From Mobula hypostoma (lineage: Eukaryota): DNA of 64,000 nucleotides. The stretch spans positions 91,886,001-91,950,000 of the forward strand of contig NC_086097.1 in NCBI RefSeq assembly GCF_963921235.1, in the 5' to 3' direction. The translations under genes and the position numbers were made by a program. The notes under the pieces were generated by a model. It searched no databases. It had not been told where the DNA came from and worked only from the letters and a program-made list of their open reading frames with translations. Shown one piece after another: positions 39,546 to 53,164 of the stretch (the stretch's first letter is position 1; every line of letters starts with the position of its first letter).

Positions 39546-40258
39546 TTTTGAGTTACATGGAATTTTCAAATGCCTGGATCTTCACACCAACACATCCAAA
39601 GTGTTGCTTACTGCCACATTGATGTAATGGGTGTCGATAGCATTCATGCATATGCAGACGCACATCAGTTAAGTGCCTTTTTTTCTGGTTCGGAGCTGCA
39701 TTTTAAATTTAATCTACAAACCATATTCATATCTGAAGGTTGGTTGCTGAAGTCAATGTTCACTATATCTCCTAACCCCAAAATATGCCTTTACAGGCAT
39801 AATAGAGTTATTATCCCACAAAATATGAAAAATGGCATGTCCTATATAATCACCCTCCTCCACAGGAATGCAAACCACTTTATTCCATATTACTCAGTAA
39901 TTCATACATTCCCTTCTACAATGTTTGTATGATGGTCAATGTCAAGTCTGCTTCCTTATACATTTAGATATTGCCTTTACTGGTATTATGACTACAAATC
40001 TTTTTGCCAGTTTTCTTTTGCTTTACACTAATGCTCATTAACAACTGGATAGAGTCTGAAGAATTGCATTTCACAGGGGGTGATTGTATTCAGCTCAACA
40101 CTCTGTTTTATTCTCTCATCCAAAATTTAGAGGTAAAAATGAAGCACCAGTAAGGACTTCTAATTTGGCAGCTAATTAACAATGTTTGACTTTTGAAAAT
40201 AAGTTAATATTTAATTTCAATTTTCTATTAATAGAAACATTTAATTTTCATTTTAAAG

Positions 40259-41370
40259 ACCCTTATATCCAAGCCAGATATTACAGATCCCCTGAGATCC
40301 TCTTAGGGTTGCCTTTCTGTGAAAAGCTGGATATGTGGTCTGTTGGTTGCGTACTAGCTGAGCTCCGCCTTGGTAGACCACTCTATCCCGGTAAAAATCA
40401 ATATGATCAGATCAGAATCATCATTGAAGCTCAAGGACAACCCAAGGACTATTTGCTTGACCAGGCAAGTAAAACACATCTTTTCTTCAAAAGAAATCCT
40501 TGCCCTTATTCAGCTCACCGGTGGCAACTTAAATCATTGTCAGAATATGACTCAAAGATGCTGACATCCCTGGAGCCAAGACGACAGACTGTAAAGTCAC
40601 TTGATCAGCTTGAGACATTCAATATCATTCAAACATTGTCCTCAAGTGATGATGATATAGCTGAGTTACATGACCGCAATGATATGGTGGCTCTTCTGAA
40701 GAGAATGCTCAACTTTGATCCCAAAATGCGCATTTCACCGGACTCTGCATTAACCCATCCATTCATAACCATGGAGCAATTGAAAAACAAATATAATCAC
40801 ACAAGATATTACCAGCTCTCTGTCCAAGGTCTTGATGCCGCTCTGAATTATGGTGGAGTTGAGAGCAAGGAACACAGTTATCAGCTGCTGAAGGAGCCTC
40901 AGTGTGCAAATGCCAAGGTGCATATTAAGAGCACACAACATCAACCGAATCACAGCAGTACTATCACACAAACAGCTATTGATAAAGGGAACACCCTGAC
41001 TATCAGAAATTCTGAACGAATCCAAGGACTTAAGTTACGATATAATGGAACTCGGGTTGACCAACCATTCACTCCATTCACAGAGAACGCAATAAACCTC
41101 CCATATCCATATCAAGAAGCTTGTCATCAGGTATCTTGGTGCGTGTACAGACATTTTTCAGAATCAACATTAGGAAATCCTACAAGACCACCTGCATCTC
41201 ACCCATCAAGGTCAGATTGTTCTTTTAGCAATGTGGTTCTAGTTGATCACACGACTGACAAAGACAGAAGCACAATTAAGCACTCAGGTACCTTTCCATC
41301 AACAAGTGAAGGTCAAAGGAACAGAAATAACAACTCTGGAAAATATTCTACAAGATCTTCTATGACTGAG
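40259..41370 (+). CDS. hipk4: HIPK4-like kinase, second coding exon (activation segment, C-lobe, start of C-terminal tail)
   Basis: Acceptor ttttaaAG at 40257-40258; G+AC rebuilds Asp to give DPYIQARYYRSPEILLGLPFCEKLDMWSVGC...LYPGKNQYDQIR...FFKRNP...WQLKS...ALTHPF. Donor GAG|GTATGA at 41371 (phase 0). Confidence 0.88.
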
Positions 41371-41693
41371 GTATGAAATGTAACAATCTGCAAGTTGTTG
41401 AGAGATGGATACTAGCAGTTACTAGTTGCTAATTACTAACAATTACTAATCCTAGAAACAGTTCCTTCTGCTCCAAGAGATGGTAGGCAATATTTACTTT
41501 AGGACAATAATGTGAAAGACTATCATTTCATTTAATAATATTTCATAATGTAGTATTTTGGAAGAGTTAAACATAGTTATATAATTTAGTAGCACATAGT
41601 CAAATATAATGTTTTTTTGGTTATGGCATCTGAAGAATCAGAACCAGGAATTACTTTGAGGAATGTATTGACCTTTTTTTTTTAAATATTAAG

Positions 41694-42084
41694 GCTGCTG
41701 TTCTTCTCCAACAAGAGAATCAAAATACAAAAGCTCATCAAAAAGAAAGGGCAAGAAAACAAATGGTCAATCCCAATGCAAGAAGAAATAACTCTACCTG
41801 CTCAAAAATGTCCACATACCCCAAGAGCAGCCCCATAAAGACCATGATTAGGAGGGAAAATATGGAGTTAACATTAGGACTCTTAGATCCAGTTAAAAAT
41901 TACAGCTCATACGGTGAGGCAAAGCAGTGTCTTGAATCTGGAGTGAATCTATACAACCAGCATAACTCTATTTCAAAAGGACAATATGTGGCACAGACAG
42001 GATTTACTGAGAAGCAACCTATTCTCATTGCAACTGAAGAAAAACAGATAATTAGTGAGAATGAAGAAGAGTCTGCAAAAAGTG
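41694..42084 (+). CDS. HIPK4-like kinase, third coding exon (low-complexity tail)
   Basis: T-rich tract then AG at 41692-41693; phase 0 and in frame with ORF 41763-42101 (AAVLLQQENQ...EEESAKS). Donor G|GTAAGA at 42085 (phase 1). Confidence 0.7.
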
Positions 42085-42260
42085 GTAAGAATTATGTTTA
42101 AGATTTGAACTAATGTATTAAAATGTCTATCTGCCTTTCTAATTCATCCAGCAGAAGTTTACTTCGCCAGAGTATTACAAATTATTAACACCGGTCTTCA
42201 TCTAACTCACATTATACCTGCTCATAATTAAAGATTAATTTCAATATACTGTTTTAATAA

Positions 42261-45200
42261 ATAGAAACATAGAAAACCTACAGCACAATACAGGCCCTTC
42301 GGCCCACAAAGTTGTGTCGAACATGTCCCTACCTGAGAAATTACTAGGCTTACCCATAGCCCTCTCTTTTTCTAAGCTCCAGGTACCTATCCAAAAGTCT
42401 TTTAAAAGACCCTATCATGTTCGCCTCCACCACCGTTGCCAGTAGCCCATTCCACGCACTCACCACTCTCTGAGTAAAAAACTTAACCCTGACATCACCT
42501 CTGTACCTACTCCCCAGCACCTTAAACCTGTGTCCTCCTGTGGCAATCATTTCCCTCCCGGGAAAAAGCCTCTGACTATCCACATGAACAATGCCTCTCA
42601 TCATCTTATACACCTCTATCAGGTCACCTCTCATCCTCTGTCGCTTCAGGGAGAAAAGGCCTCAACCTGTTTTCATAAGGCATGCTCCCCAATCCAGGCA
42701 ACATCCTTGTAAATCTCCTTTGCACCCTTTCTATGGCTTCCACATCCTTCCTGTAGTGAGGCGACCAGAAATGAGCACAGTAATCCAAGCTGCAACATTA
42801 CCTCTGGGCTCCTAAATTCAATTCCACAATTAATGAAGGCCAATACACCGTATGCTTTCCTAACCACACAGTCAATCTGCGCGGCTGCTTTGAGCATCTG
42901 ATGGACTCGGACCCAAGATCCCTCTGATCCTCCACACTGCCAAGAGTCTTACCATTAATACTATATTCTGCCATCATACTTGACCTACCAAAATGAACCA
43001 CTTCACACTTATCTGGGTCGAACTCCATCTGCCACTTCTCAGCCCAGTTTTGCATCCTAGCAATGTCCCACTGTAACCTCTGATAGCCCTCCACACTATC
43101 CACAACACCTCCAACCTTTGTGTCATCAGCAAACTTACTACACCATCTCTCCACGTCCTCATCATTTATAAAAATCACGAAGAGTAAGGGTCCCAGAACA
43201 GATCCCTGAGGCCCACCACTGGTCACCAACCTCCATGCAGAATATGACCTGTCTACAACCAATCTTTGCCTTCTGTGTCACATCCTCAAAAAATTCAATC
43301 AGGCTCGTAAGGCACCACCTGCCCTTGACAAAGCCATGCTGACTATTCCTAATCATATTCTACCTCTCCAAATGTTCATAAATCCTGCCTCTCAGGATCT
43401 TCTCCATCAACTTACCAACCACTGAAGTAAGACTCACTGGTCTATAATTTCCTGGGCTATCTCTACTCACTTTCTTGAATAAAGGGACAGCATCTGTAAC
43501 CCTTCAATCCTCCGGAACCTCTCCCGTCCCCATTGATGATCCAAAGATCATCGCCAGAGGCTCAGCAATCTCCTCCCTCGCCTCCCACAGTAGCCTGGGG
43601 TACATCTCATCCAGTCCCGGCAACTTATCCAACTTGATGCTTTCCAAAACCTCCAGCACATCCTCTTTCCTAACATCTACATGCTCAAGCTTTTCAGTCT
43701 GCTGCAAGTCAGCACTACGATCACCAAGATCCTTTTCCATAGTGAATACTGAAGTAAAGAATTCATTAAGTACCTCTGCTATTTCCTCCGGTTCCATACA
43801 CACTTTCCCACTGTCACACTTGATAGGTCCTATTCCTTCACGTTTTATCCTTTTGCTCTTCACGTACTTGTAGAATGCCTTGGGGTTTTCCTTAATCATG
43901 GCCCCTTCTGGCTCTCCTAATTTCCTTTTTACGCTCCTTCCTGATAGCTTAATAAAATTCTAGATCTCCAACATTACCTAGCTCTCTGAACCTTTGGTAA
44001 GCTTTTCTTTTCTTCTTGACTAGATTTATTACAGCCTTTGTACACCACGGTTCCTGTACCCTACCATAACTTCCCTGACTCATTGGAACGTACCTATGCA
44101 GAATTCCACACAAATATCCCCTGAACATTTGCCACATTTCTGCCGCTACATTTCCCTGTTCCCAATTTAAGCTTCCAATTTCCTGCCTGATAACCTCATA
44201 ATTCCCCTTACTCCAATTAAACGCTTTTCTAACTTGTCTGTTCCTATCTCTCTCCAAAGGAGATAGAATTATGATCACCATCTCCAAAATGCTCTCTCAC
44301 TGACACCTGACCGGGTTCATTTCCCAATACCAGATCAAGTATAGTTTCTCCTCTTGTATGCTTATCTTGTAGGCTTATAAATTAACAGATATATTAATGT
44401 CCTTTAGACCTTTCATTGATGCATCATATTAACTCTATTAGTCTGCTAAACAGACACATATTGTGTCAAGAAACCTTCCTGAGCACACCTAACAAACTCC
44501 ACCCCATATAAACCCCTTACTCTCGGGAGATGCCAATCAATATTTGGGAAATTAAAATCTCCCACCACCACAACTCTTATTATTACAGGATCTGTTTCCC
44601 TATCTGCTCCTCGATATCCCTGTTACTACTGGGCGGCCTATAAAAAAGACCCAGTAAAGTTATTGACCCCTTCCTGTTCCTAATCTCCACCCACAGAGAC
44701 TCTGTAGAAAATCCCTCCATGACGTCCACCTTTTCTGCAGCCGTGACACTATCTCTGATCAACAGTGCCACGCCCCCACCTCTTTTGCCTCTCTCCCTGT
44801 CCCTTCTGAAACATCTAAAACCTGGCACTTGTAGTAACCATTCCTGTCCCTGAACCATCCAAGTCTCTGTAATGGCCACTACATTATAGCTCCAAGTACT
44901 GATCTATGCTCTAAGCTCATCTGCTTTGTTCACAATACTCCTTGCATTAAAATAGACACATATCAAACTGTCCGTCTGAGTGCGTCCCTTCTCTATCACC
45001 TGCCTATCCTCCAAGCTTTCTCTATTTGTGAGCCAACCACCTCTTCCCCAGTCTCTTCAGTTCAGTTCCCACCCCCCAACAATTCTAGTTTAAACTCTCC
45101 CCAGCAGTCTTAGCAAAACTCCCCACCAGGATATTGGTCCCGCTGGGATTCAAGTGCAACCAATCCTTTTTGTACAGGTCACACCTGCCCCAAAAGAGGT

Positions 45201-46277
45201 CCTAATAATCCAGAAATCTGAATCCTTGTCCCCTGCTCCAATCCCTCAGCCACGCATTTATCCTCCACCTCATTCTATTCCTATACTCACGGTCGCGTGG
45301 CACAGGCAGTAATCCCGAGATTACTACCTTTGCAGTCCTGCTTCTCAACTTCCTTCCTAACTCCCTGTAGTCTGTTTTCAGGACCTCTTCCCTTTTCCTA
45401 CCTATGTCGTTGGTACCAATATGTACCACGACCTCAGGCTGTTCTCTCTTCCACTGCAGGATATCTTGGACGCAATCTGAAACATCCCGGACCCTGGCAC
45501 CTGGGAGGCAAACTACCATCCGAGTTTCTTTCTTGCATCCACAGAATTGCCTGTCTGACCCCCTAACTATAGAGTCCCCTATCACTGCTGCCTTCCTCTT
45601 CCTTTCCCTACCCTTCTGATCCATAGGGCTGGACTCTGTGCCAGAGGCACGGCCACTGTTGCTTCCCCCAGGTGGGCTGTTCCCCAGCCCCACCCAACAG
45701 TACTCAAACAGGAGTACTTATTGTCAAAGGGTACAGCCACAGGGGTACTCTCTAGTACCTGACTCTTCCCCTTCTCTCTCCTGACTGTGACTCACTTGTC
45801 TGTCTCCCGTGGCCCAGGTGTGACCACCTGCCTATAGTTCCTTTCTATCAACTCCTCGCTCTCCCTGACCAGATGAAGGTCATCAAGCTGCATCTCCAGT
45901 TCCCTAACTCGGTCCCCAAGGAGCTACAGCTTGACACACCTGGCACAGATGTGGCTGTCCGGGAGGCTGGGAGACTCCAGGACCTCCCATATCTGACACC
46001 AAGCACAGAAAACCGGCCTCACACACATACTACTTCCTTTCCACAATTTACACAGATAAACCTACCTCGCCTCGTTACCACCTAAACCCGTTGAGCCCTA
46101 CCACTCTGCCACTTCTCACTCCGCTGCCCGCTGGATATGGCGGTCTTTTTAAACTTTTCCCACTCTACTGGCTGACATCACATGCCTGCACAGTCTTGCC
46201 TCTCTTTTACCCCGAGCAGTAAAATGCCTTTGCTCCAGAAATCCTTAGCCGTTCCACTCACAGCCTTCTTGCTCCGA
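42261..46277 (-). mobile_element. Near full-length decayed CR1 LINE in an intron of the kinase gene
   Basis: Minus-strand ORF1 esterase (VIGDSIVRG, VHIGTND), APE and RT fragments; short tandem 3' tail (atagaaacatagaaa on the + strand); same family as the 12.7-23.3 kb copy. Confidence 0.92.
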
Positions 46278-46330
46278 ATACAAACACAGAATAATTTTTA
46301 AGGAAGGCTTTAAAAACAGGGTCAGAATAG

Positions 46331-46752
46331 TGTTAGATCTCTGTTTATTGTCTAATCCTTAGGGTTCCTCCAAGAGTCAGGAGTGACAAGTAGTCTTAAT
46401 TCCAAGACTTCAGTTTATTTTAAGTGTACAAACATACAAATACTAAGCAAACTAAATAAAGAGCTGAGAAACGATGATAAGATACATAAAGGAATAAAGA
46501 AACCAAGATGGTGCCTCTGAAAAATCCATCACTTTTATGGTTAAGAGAAATTCCTTAGCTAGGATTGAGTCAGTTAATAGGCTACATAATTAAAGCAATT
46601 ACATCATGTGGGTAATGTGCTAATACTTAGACAATGAAAAATGAGAATGGTGATAAACTGTTAGTTTAGCTACCATACTGCTTTCTGCCGGTCAGAATGT
46701 AAAAAGTACAAATCTTATAAAAAGTATTATTTAAAAAAACAGGTTTCTAACA
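46331..46752 (-). mobile_element. Solo LTR (422 bp)
   Basis: TGTTAGA...TCTAACA perfect 7-bp terminal inverted repeat; 4-bp TSD ATAG on both sides; minus-strand AATAAA near 46415 suggests the orientation. Confidence 0.8.
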
Positions 46753-49700
46753 ATAGGGGTGAATGATCTTTGCAACATGATAATATTAGAGTTACAGAGT
46801 CATAGAGAGGTTCAGCATGGAAACAGGACATTCGGCCCATCATATACATGCCAACTATCAAGCACCAATTTTGCCTTCTACGCATCCCAACAAATTTCAT
46901 TCTCCCCACATACCCATCAGCTCTGCCCTTACCCAGATTCTGCCTCTCATCTACACATTGGGAGGTGATTTACAGTGGACAATTCACGTCCCATTTTTGG
47001 GATAGCAAGGAATTCAGGACAAATAAAACAGTTTTAGGAATAGATATGGAAACTGTGCTTCAGGGGGAACACTTTAGAGCAGATTTAACAGGCTTTTACT
47101 CCTTTGAATATGGGAGCTTAAGGGATATTGGAAGAGTATTTGAGAATCAGAAGGCTCTTCAGCAAAATAGAAATGTCCCCACTGATTCTGATAGTTTAGT
47201 GATTGGAAAGATAGAGTTGTCTGACAGGTATTAAAATGGAATTTACAGACAAGTCTTAAATTGGTTAACTGGCAGAAGCTGAATGACCTACCACTACTCC
47301 CCTGTTTTTCAGTCATGCCTCTGAAGTCATAAAGAGTACCACTGATAATGCACTCTGTCCTCTCACTCATCATTCCACATGGTGAATGGTACACGATCCA
47401 CTGTGGAGCTTTAACTTTCCATTGAAATCACACACAGCCAATTCTTTACCACAAAAGGAACTTTAGTTTTAAAACTTTCAGCTTGCCTCCATTGGCAATC
47501 GCCTTTCCTTTGAAGTAAGGAGTTATGAGTGCAAGTCTAACTCCAAGCTATTTATATTGCAGCTTGTTTTAGTATCCGCACTGCTCTATAGTGTGTTAGT
47601 TCTCACATGGGCCATTCACTACAATAAAAGAGAATGAATTCTTACAGCGCTGTGGGCTATATTCCTGGCTGAAGAAATGCCACCAAAAGCAGATTAACTT
47701 TTCAACTTTGTCACTTCTTTATTGAGGATTCTCATATTAACAAGATGTAATTAGTTTTCTACATAGAAATTAATTCTTGGGAGAAGTATCTGTGGTATTT
47801 TAGATAGATGTTATACAGTGCTTGGTAAAATGATGTCCATCTTTAATGCTGATATACATAGTTTTAAGAGTCTTTCTTGGGTCATCTTTCAATCATAAAG
47901 AATTCTATTACTTCTTCATACCAAGCCTTTCCCAGCAGATTGGTACATCAGAAATGTGGTTATGCACCAACAGATGGGATGTTGTCTGAATCTTACAGAA
48001 CTGTACAAAAGTCTCAGGCACATATAGCTAGGGTGCTGAAGACTATTGCACAGTACTGTATTTGTCAACATGGAGCGGAGAGTGAGTTTTGAAATCTAGC
48101 AGGAGCAATGGATGGCGGAAGTGATGAGGGTGGAATGCCATGGGAGGTTGTGAGATAGGTAGACAAGGAGTGCCAGGGGCGGGAGTTGGCACAGGTCCAG
48201 ACACACCCCACCCAGAGACACCAGGCAAGGTCATTTGATTCCAAATGATTGGTTTATTGATCATTACAGAATGTCTCGCTGGTGCTTCTCACTCTCTCCC
48301 TTCTCCTAACTATGACTCCCCTCTCCCTGCACCCATCCTACTCTGGTCCACAATACTCACCCATATCAGAATCAGATTTATCATCACTTACATATGTCAT
48401 GAAATTTGTTTTTTTTCCCCCAGCAGCAGCATGGCAGTGCAATACATAAAATTACTACAGTACTGTGCATTCAGCAATGATCCTCCTGATTAGGAGTGTA
48501 AAGTTGAAAATTTAACATGGCGTCGACCTGAATTTTATTATCCCGTGGTTCCATCACTTCCGTACCAACATCCCAAGGCCTATTGGTTTAAAGACACTGC
48601 AACTTGTATTTCTTATGTTCTCTCATTATTCCACCTTGATTCCTTTTTTTAAAAAAAAAGTTCAGGAATCATATAGCACAAGAAGTGGCTAATTGGGTCA
48701 ATTGAACCTGTGTTGGCTTTTGAAAAAACTGCATTAATTCTACATCTTGTTCATCTTTTACAAGTCTGAAGCATATTTTCACATGTATTCTTCCTATTCA
48801 GCAGCCGATTCCAGATTATAGTGTTTCAACATGTTCAGAATAATCTACCATATGTCTAGGTTATTCTTCTGGTTATTGGCATCCTTTATTTTTCCCCTCT
48901 TCAAAACCCCTCAAGGCTTTGAGCAACCATAACGAAAGACTAAAATACCAGTCTGACCTGGCTAGACTTTCCACGTATATCCTGAGAACCTCCTCTGCAT
49001 CTCTCCAAGGTTTGCGATATCCTTCGGGAAGCACAGTGCTCAGAATTAGATGCAATTCTCTGTCCAAGGTTAACCAATCATTTACAAAATTTAGAAAAGT
49101 TTGCTTGCTTTTACATATAATTTTGCCATTTATAAAGCCTTATTTATTTCACTTAGACATTCAAAATCTCTTACTTCAGTCTGCTGCCCTCAGAACTTCA
49201 TTCAGGACTCTGAAATAATCTTCATTTTTCCTTGAATATTTATCCATATAAATTCATGAGTCCCTTAAACCTTTATTCCATTCTGGTGTGCCAGGATACC
49301 CTTGCTCCTAGTTCACTTCTCTAATTGTTGCTCCATGTAAACTTTCTTTGGGCTATTTAATTCAAAACAGTGTCCTGAAACTTGATCCACTCTAGAATCC
49401 CTAACACTCTCAAACCTCATTTTTACTCAAATTTCTCGGCATGTCAAGTCTCTTATTATTTTGTGGTTTGACTGAGACATCAAATTCTAAATAGTCTATT
49501 AAGTTTACTTTATACAGAGAGGCCATTGTTCTCCATTCATTTGCCAAAACAGTGAATCATACAAGATAGAGTGATAGATACTTTATTGATCCCAAAGGAA
49601 ACTACAGTGTCCCAGTGGCATTATAAGTGCGCAGATATACAAATAGTAGAAGAGAAGCAAGAAGGAATAAAAAGTAAGTTATCTCAACTAGTCTAACAGG

Positions 49701-50402
49701 AGGACGTCATCACTTCCCCAGCTATAGGTTGGCTCATCATAGAGCCTAATGGCCGAGGGTAAGAATGACCTCATATAGCGCTCCCTGGAGCAGCGCTGCT
49801 GTCTTAGTTGAACTTAGGTAGTAAACATTATAGGTGATAAAGACAAGGCAAAACGATTACTTATGTCTGAATTCTCCCATGGTTATCCATCAGGAAATAA
49901 AAGGATCTGCCCTAGGGTGGGACACATCGAAAGGAGTGGAATTATCCCGTGAGTAGTAAAATGAAAATCGATATGCTTTTAAAAACTGAGAATTATTTTT
50001 TTCCATTGAAGAAGGCCTATAGATATACTGTAAAAAGGAGATCACCCCACTCTGGTACATTTGGGAATGTAGAGTGTATTCAGCAGAAGAAAGTGGAATT
50101 CGAAAAAGAACAGCTGTGAAAAGTATTCAGATTAGAATATTGCCCCAGAATTCCTTCTGTCACCTCAATATGTCTTAAAGCATGTGCTTACAGTAGATTC
50201 AATGCAGATGAATGTTAATAAGGCAGAATGGGTACACACACACCTCCAGATTCATTCTCCTCTGTTAGTTCAACAAAACACTAAAGCCAGCAGCAAGAGG
50301 TCTTCTGTGATGGTACTGTTGTAAATGAAGATTATGGTGGATTTACTAATCGTCTCTGCACTGGAACAATCTTGATGACCTAACCTCTCTGTTTGCGAAC
50401 AG

Positions 50403-50499
50403 CAGCTGGAAGTATAGTTCCAGACTTCAGAAATTCATGCCTGCCAGGTGTGCCTCAGCTAATTTTAGGAACATTCAGGAGCATACATTGGCAGGTGAG
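50403..50499 (+). CDS. Candidate exon 4 of the kinase gene (97 bp, phase 1 to phase 2)
   Basis: ctaac branch-like motif, pyrimidine tract and aacAG|cAG acceptor; open frame AAGSIVPDFRNSCLPGVPQLILGTFRSIHWQV; donor AG|GTAAGG. Phases match both neighbours. Confidence 0.5.
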
Positions 50500-50989
50500 G
50501 TAAGGCTCTGGTGAACTGTGCAAATTAGGCATGCACTAAGGGGCCAGAAAAATATTGATCCATGGTATTTACGAAATAAGCACAGAATATAATTTGAAAG
50601 AAAGTAATTTTCAATTAAACCACAGAGTGCAGTATTGTACTCCTGTCCTGAGAGGCAATTAGATTATAGATCCTGAGCACTGAAGCAATCTCTGCTGATA
50701 AATTGGTGGATGTGTTATTGAGTCATTGTTAATTTTGCTTAGCACTTTATCACACAAGTTAGTATAAATGGGCATGTGATGATAGAGATTTTCTGACTTG
50801 AGGGTGGATGTTATAGTTCACTGCAATTATAATCCAATTACCATCAGATTGCCAAATAAAGATGTAATATTTGGTCTGTTTACATTAATGAAGAAAATGA
50901 AATGAAAAGTATTTTCTTAGTAATGGAGTTACAAAGGCTTCCCTTAATTCTCAACAAATACTAAAAAAACTAAAACAAATCTAAAACAA

Positions 50990-52945
50990 GATCCACAAAC
51001 CTGCCTGTCCTGGCCAACCTATTGTCTCAGCTTGCTCCTACCCCACCGAACTCGTTTCTGCATACCTCGACACAGTTTTATCCCCCCTTGTTCAATCCCT
51101 TCCTACCTATGTTCATGACACTTCTCACGCTCTTAAACTTTTCGATGATTTTAAGTTCCCGGGCCCCCACCGCTTTATTTTCACCATGGATGTCCAGTCC
51201 CTATATACTTCCATCCCCCATCAGGAAGGTCTCAAAGCTCTACGCTTCTTTTTGGATTCCAGACCTAATCAGTTCCCCTCTACCACCACTCTGCTCCGTC
51301 TAGCGGAATTAGGCCTTACTCTTAATAATTTCTCCTTTGGCTCCTCCCACTTCCTCCAAACTAAAGGTGTAGCTATGGGCACCCGTATGGGTCCTAGCTA
51401 TGCCTGCCTTTTTGTTGGCTTTGTGGAACAATCTATGTTCCATGCCTATTCTGGTATCTGTCCCACACCTTTCCTTCGCTACATCGACGACTGCATTGGC
51501 GCTGCTTCCTGCACGCATGCAGAGCTCGTTGACTTTATTAACTTTGCCTCCAACTTTCACCCTGCCCTCAAGTTTACCTGGTCCATTTCTGACACCTCCC
51601 TCCGCTTTCTAGATCTTTCTGTCTCTGTCTCTGGAGACAGCTTATCCACTGATGTCTCCTATAAGCCTACTGACTCTCACAGCTATCTGGACTATTCCTC
51701 TTCTCACCCTGTCTCTTGCAAAAACGCCATCCCCTTCTCACAATTCCTCCATCTCCGCCGCATCTGCTTTCCGGATGAGGCTTCTCATTCTAGGACAAGG
51801 GAGATGTCTTCCTTTTTTAAAGAAAGGAGCTTCCCTTCTTCCACTATCAACTCTGCTCTTAAACGCATCTCCCCCATTTCACGTACATCTGCTCTCACTC
51901 CATCCTCCCGCCACCCCACTAGGAATAGGGTTCCCCTGGTCCTCACCTACCACCCCACCAGCCTCCGGGTCCAACATATTATTCTCCGTAACTTCCGCCA
52001 CCTCCAACGGGATCCCACCACTAAGCACATCTTTCCCTCCCCCTCTTCTCTCGGCATTCCGCAGGGATCACTTCCTACGCGACTCCCTTGTCCATTCGTC
52101 CCCCCCATCCCTCCCCACTGATCTCCCTCCTGGCACTTATCCATGTAAGCAGAACAAGTGCTACACATGCCCTTACACTTCCTCCCTTAACACCATTCAG
52201 GGCCCCAAACAGTCCTTTCAGGTGAGGCAACACTTCACCTGTGAGTCGGCTGGGGTGATATACTGTGTCCGGTGCTCCCGATGTGGCCTTTTATATATTG
52301 GCGAGACCCGACGCAGACTGGGAGACTGCTTTGCTGAACACCTATGCTCTGTCCGCCAGAGAAAGCAGGATCTCCCAGTGGCCACACATTTTAATTCCAC
52401 ATCCCATTCCCATTCTGACATGTCTATCCACAGCCTCCTCCACTGTAAAGATGAAGCCACACTCAGGCTGGAGGAACAGCACCTTATATTCCGTCTGGGT
52501 AGCCTCCAACCTGATGGCATGAACATCGACTTCTCTAACTTCCGCTAATGCCCCACCTCCCCCTCGTACCCCATCTGTTACTTATTTTTATACACACATT
52601 CTTTCTCTCACTCTCCTTTTTCTCCCCCCGTCCCTCTGAATATACCCCTTGCCCATCCTCTGGGTCCCCCCCCACCCTCCTTGTCTTTCTCCCTGGGCCT
52701 CCTGTCCCATGATCCTCTCGTATCCCTTTTGCCTATCACCTGTCCAGCTCTTGGCTCCATTCCTCCCCCTCTTGTCTTCTCCTATCATTTTGGATCTCCC
52801 CCTCCCCCTCCAACTTTCAAATCCCTTACTCACTCTTCCTTCAGTTAGTCCTGATGAAGGATCTCGGCCTGAAACGTCGACTGCACCTCTTCCTAGAGAT
52901 GCTGCCTGGCCTGCTGCGTTCACCTGCAACTTTTATGCATGTTGC
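50990..52945 (+). mobile_element. Penelope-like element, 5'-truncated (RT plus GIY-YIG endonuclease)
   Basis: MDVQSLYTSIPH, GVAMGTRMGPSYA, FLRYIDD; after a frameshift VIYCVRCSRCGLLYIGETRRRLGDCFAEH; pyrimidine-rich 3' region ending in a hammerhead motif. Confidence 0.93.
52847..52882 (+). ncRNA. Minimal type I hammerhead ribozyme motif
   Basis: AGTC-CTGATGA-AGG(ATCTCGG)CCT-GAAA-CG-TC-GACT: intact core, stem I AGTC/GACT, stem II AGG/CCT, vestigial palindromic stem III. Confidence 0.75.
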
Positions 52946-53164
52946 TAAAACAAATTGGCTTCATTAAAGAACATGCCTTTAACCATTTTTGCTAACTTTA
53001 ACTCATTTCTCATAGTATCATTGCAGGCAGTGGGATGCATCCCGTTTACTTAGCCATACTTTTTAAACATTGTGTGTCATTTGCAGAACTACTCTGGTAA
53101 ACGATAAATCTAAGAAACTAAAACTGTTGGAAAAGACAATATATTGCTAAATTTTCATTAAATA

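Noticed and set aside
40186..40258. N-terminal part of the 396-aa ORF
   Set aside because: It is the T-rich intron end upstream of the acceptor, with a TTG start.
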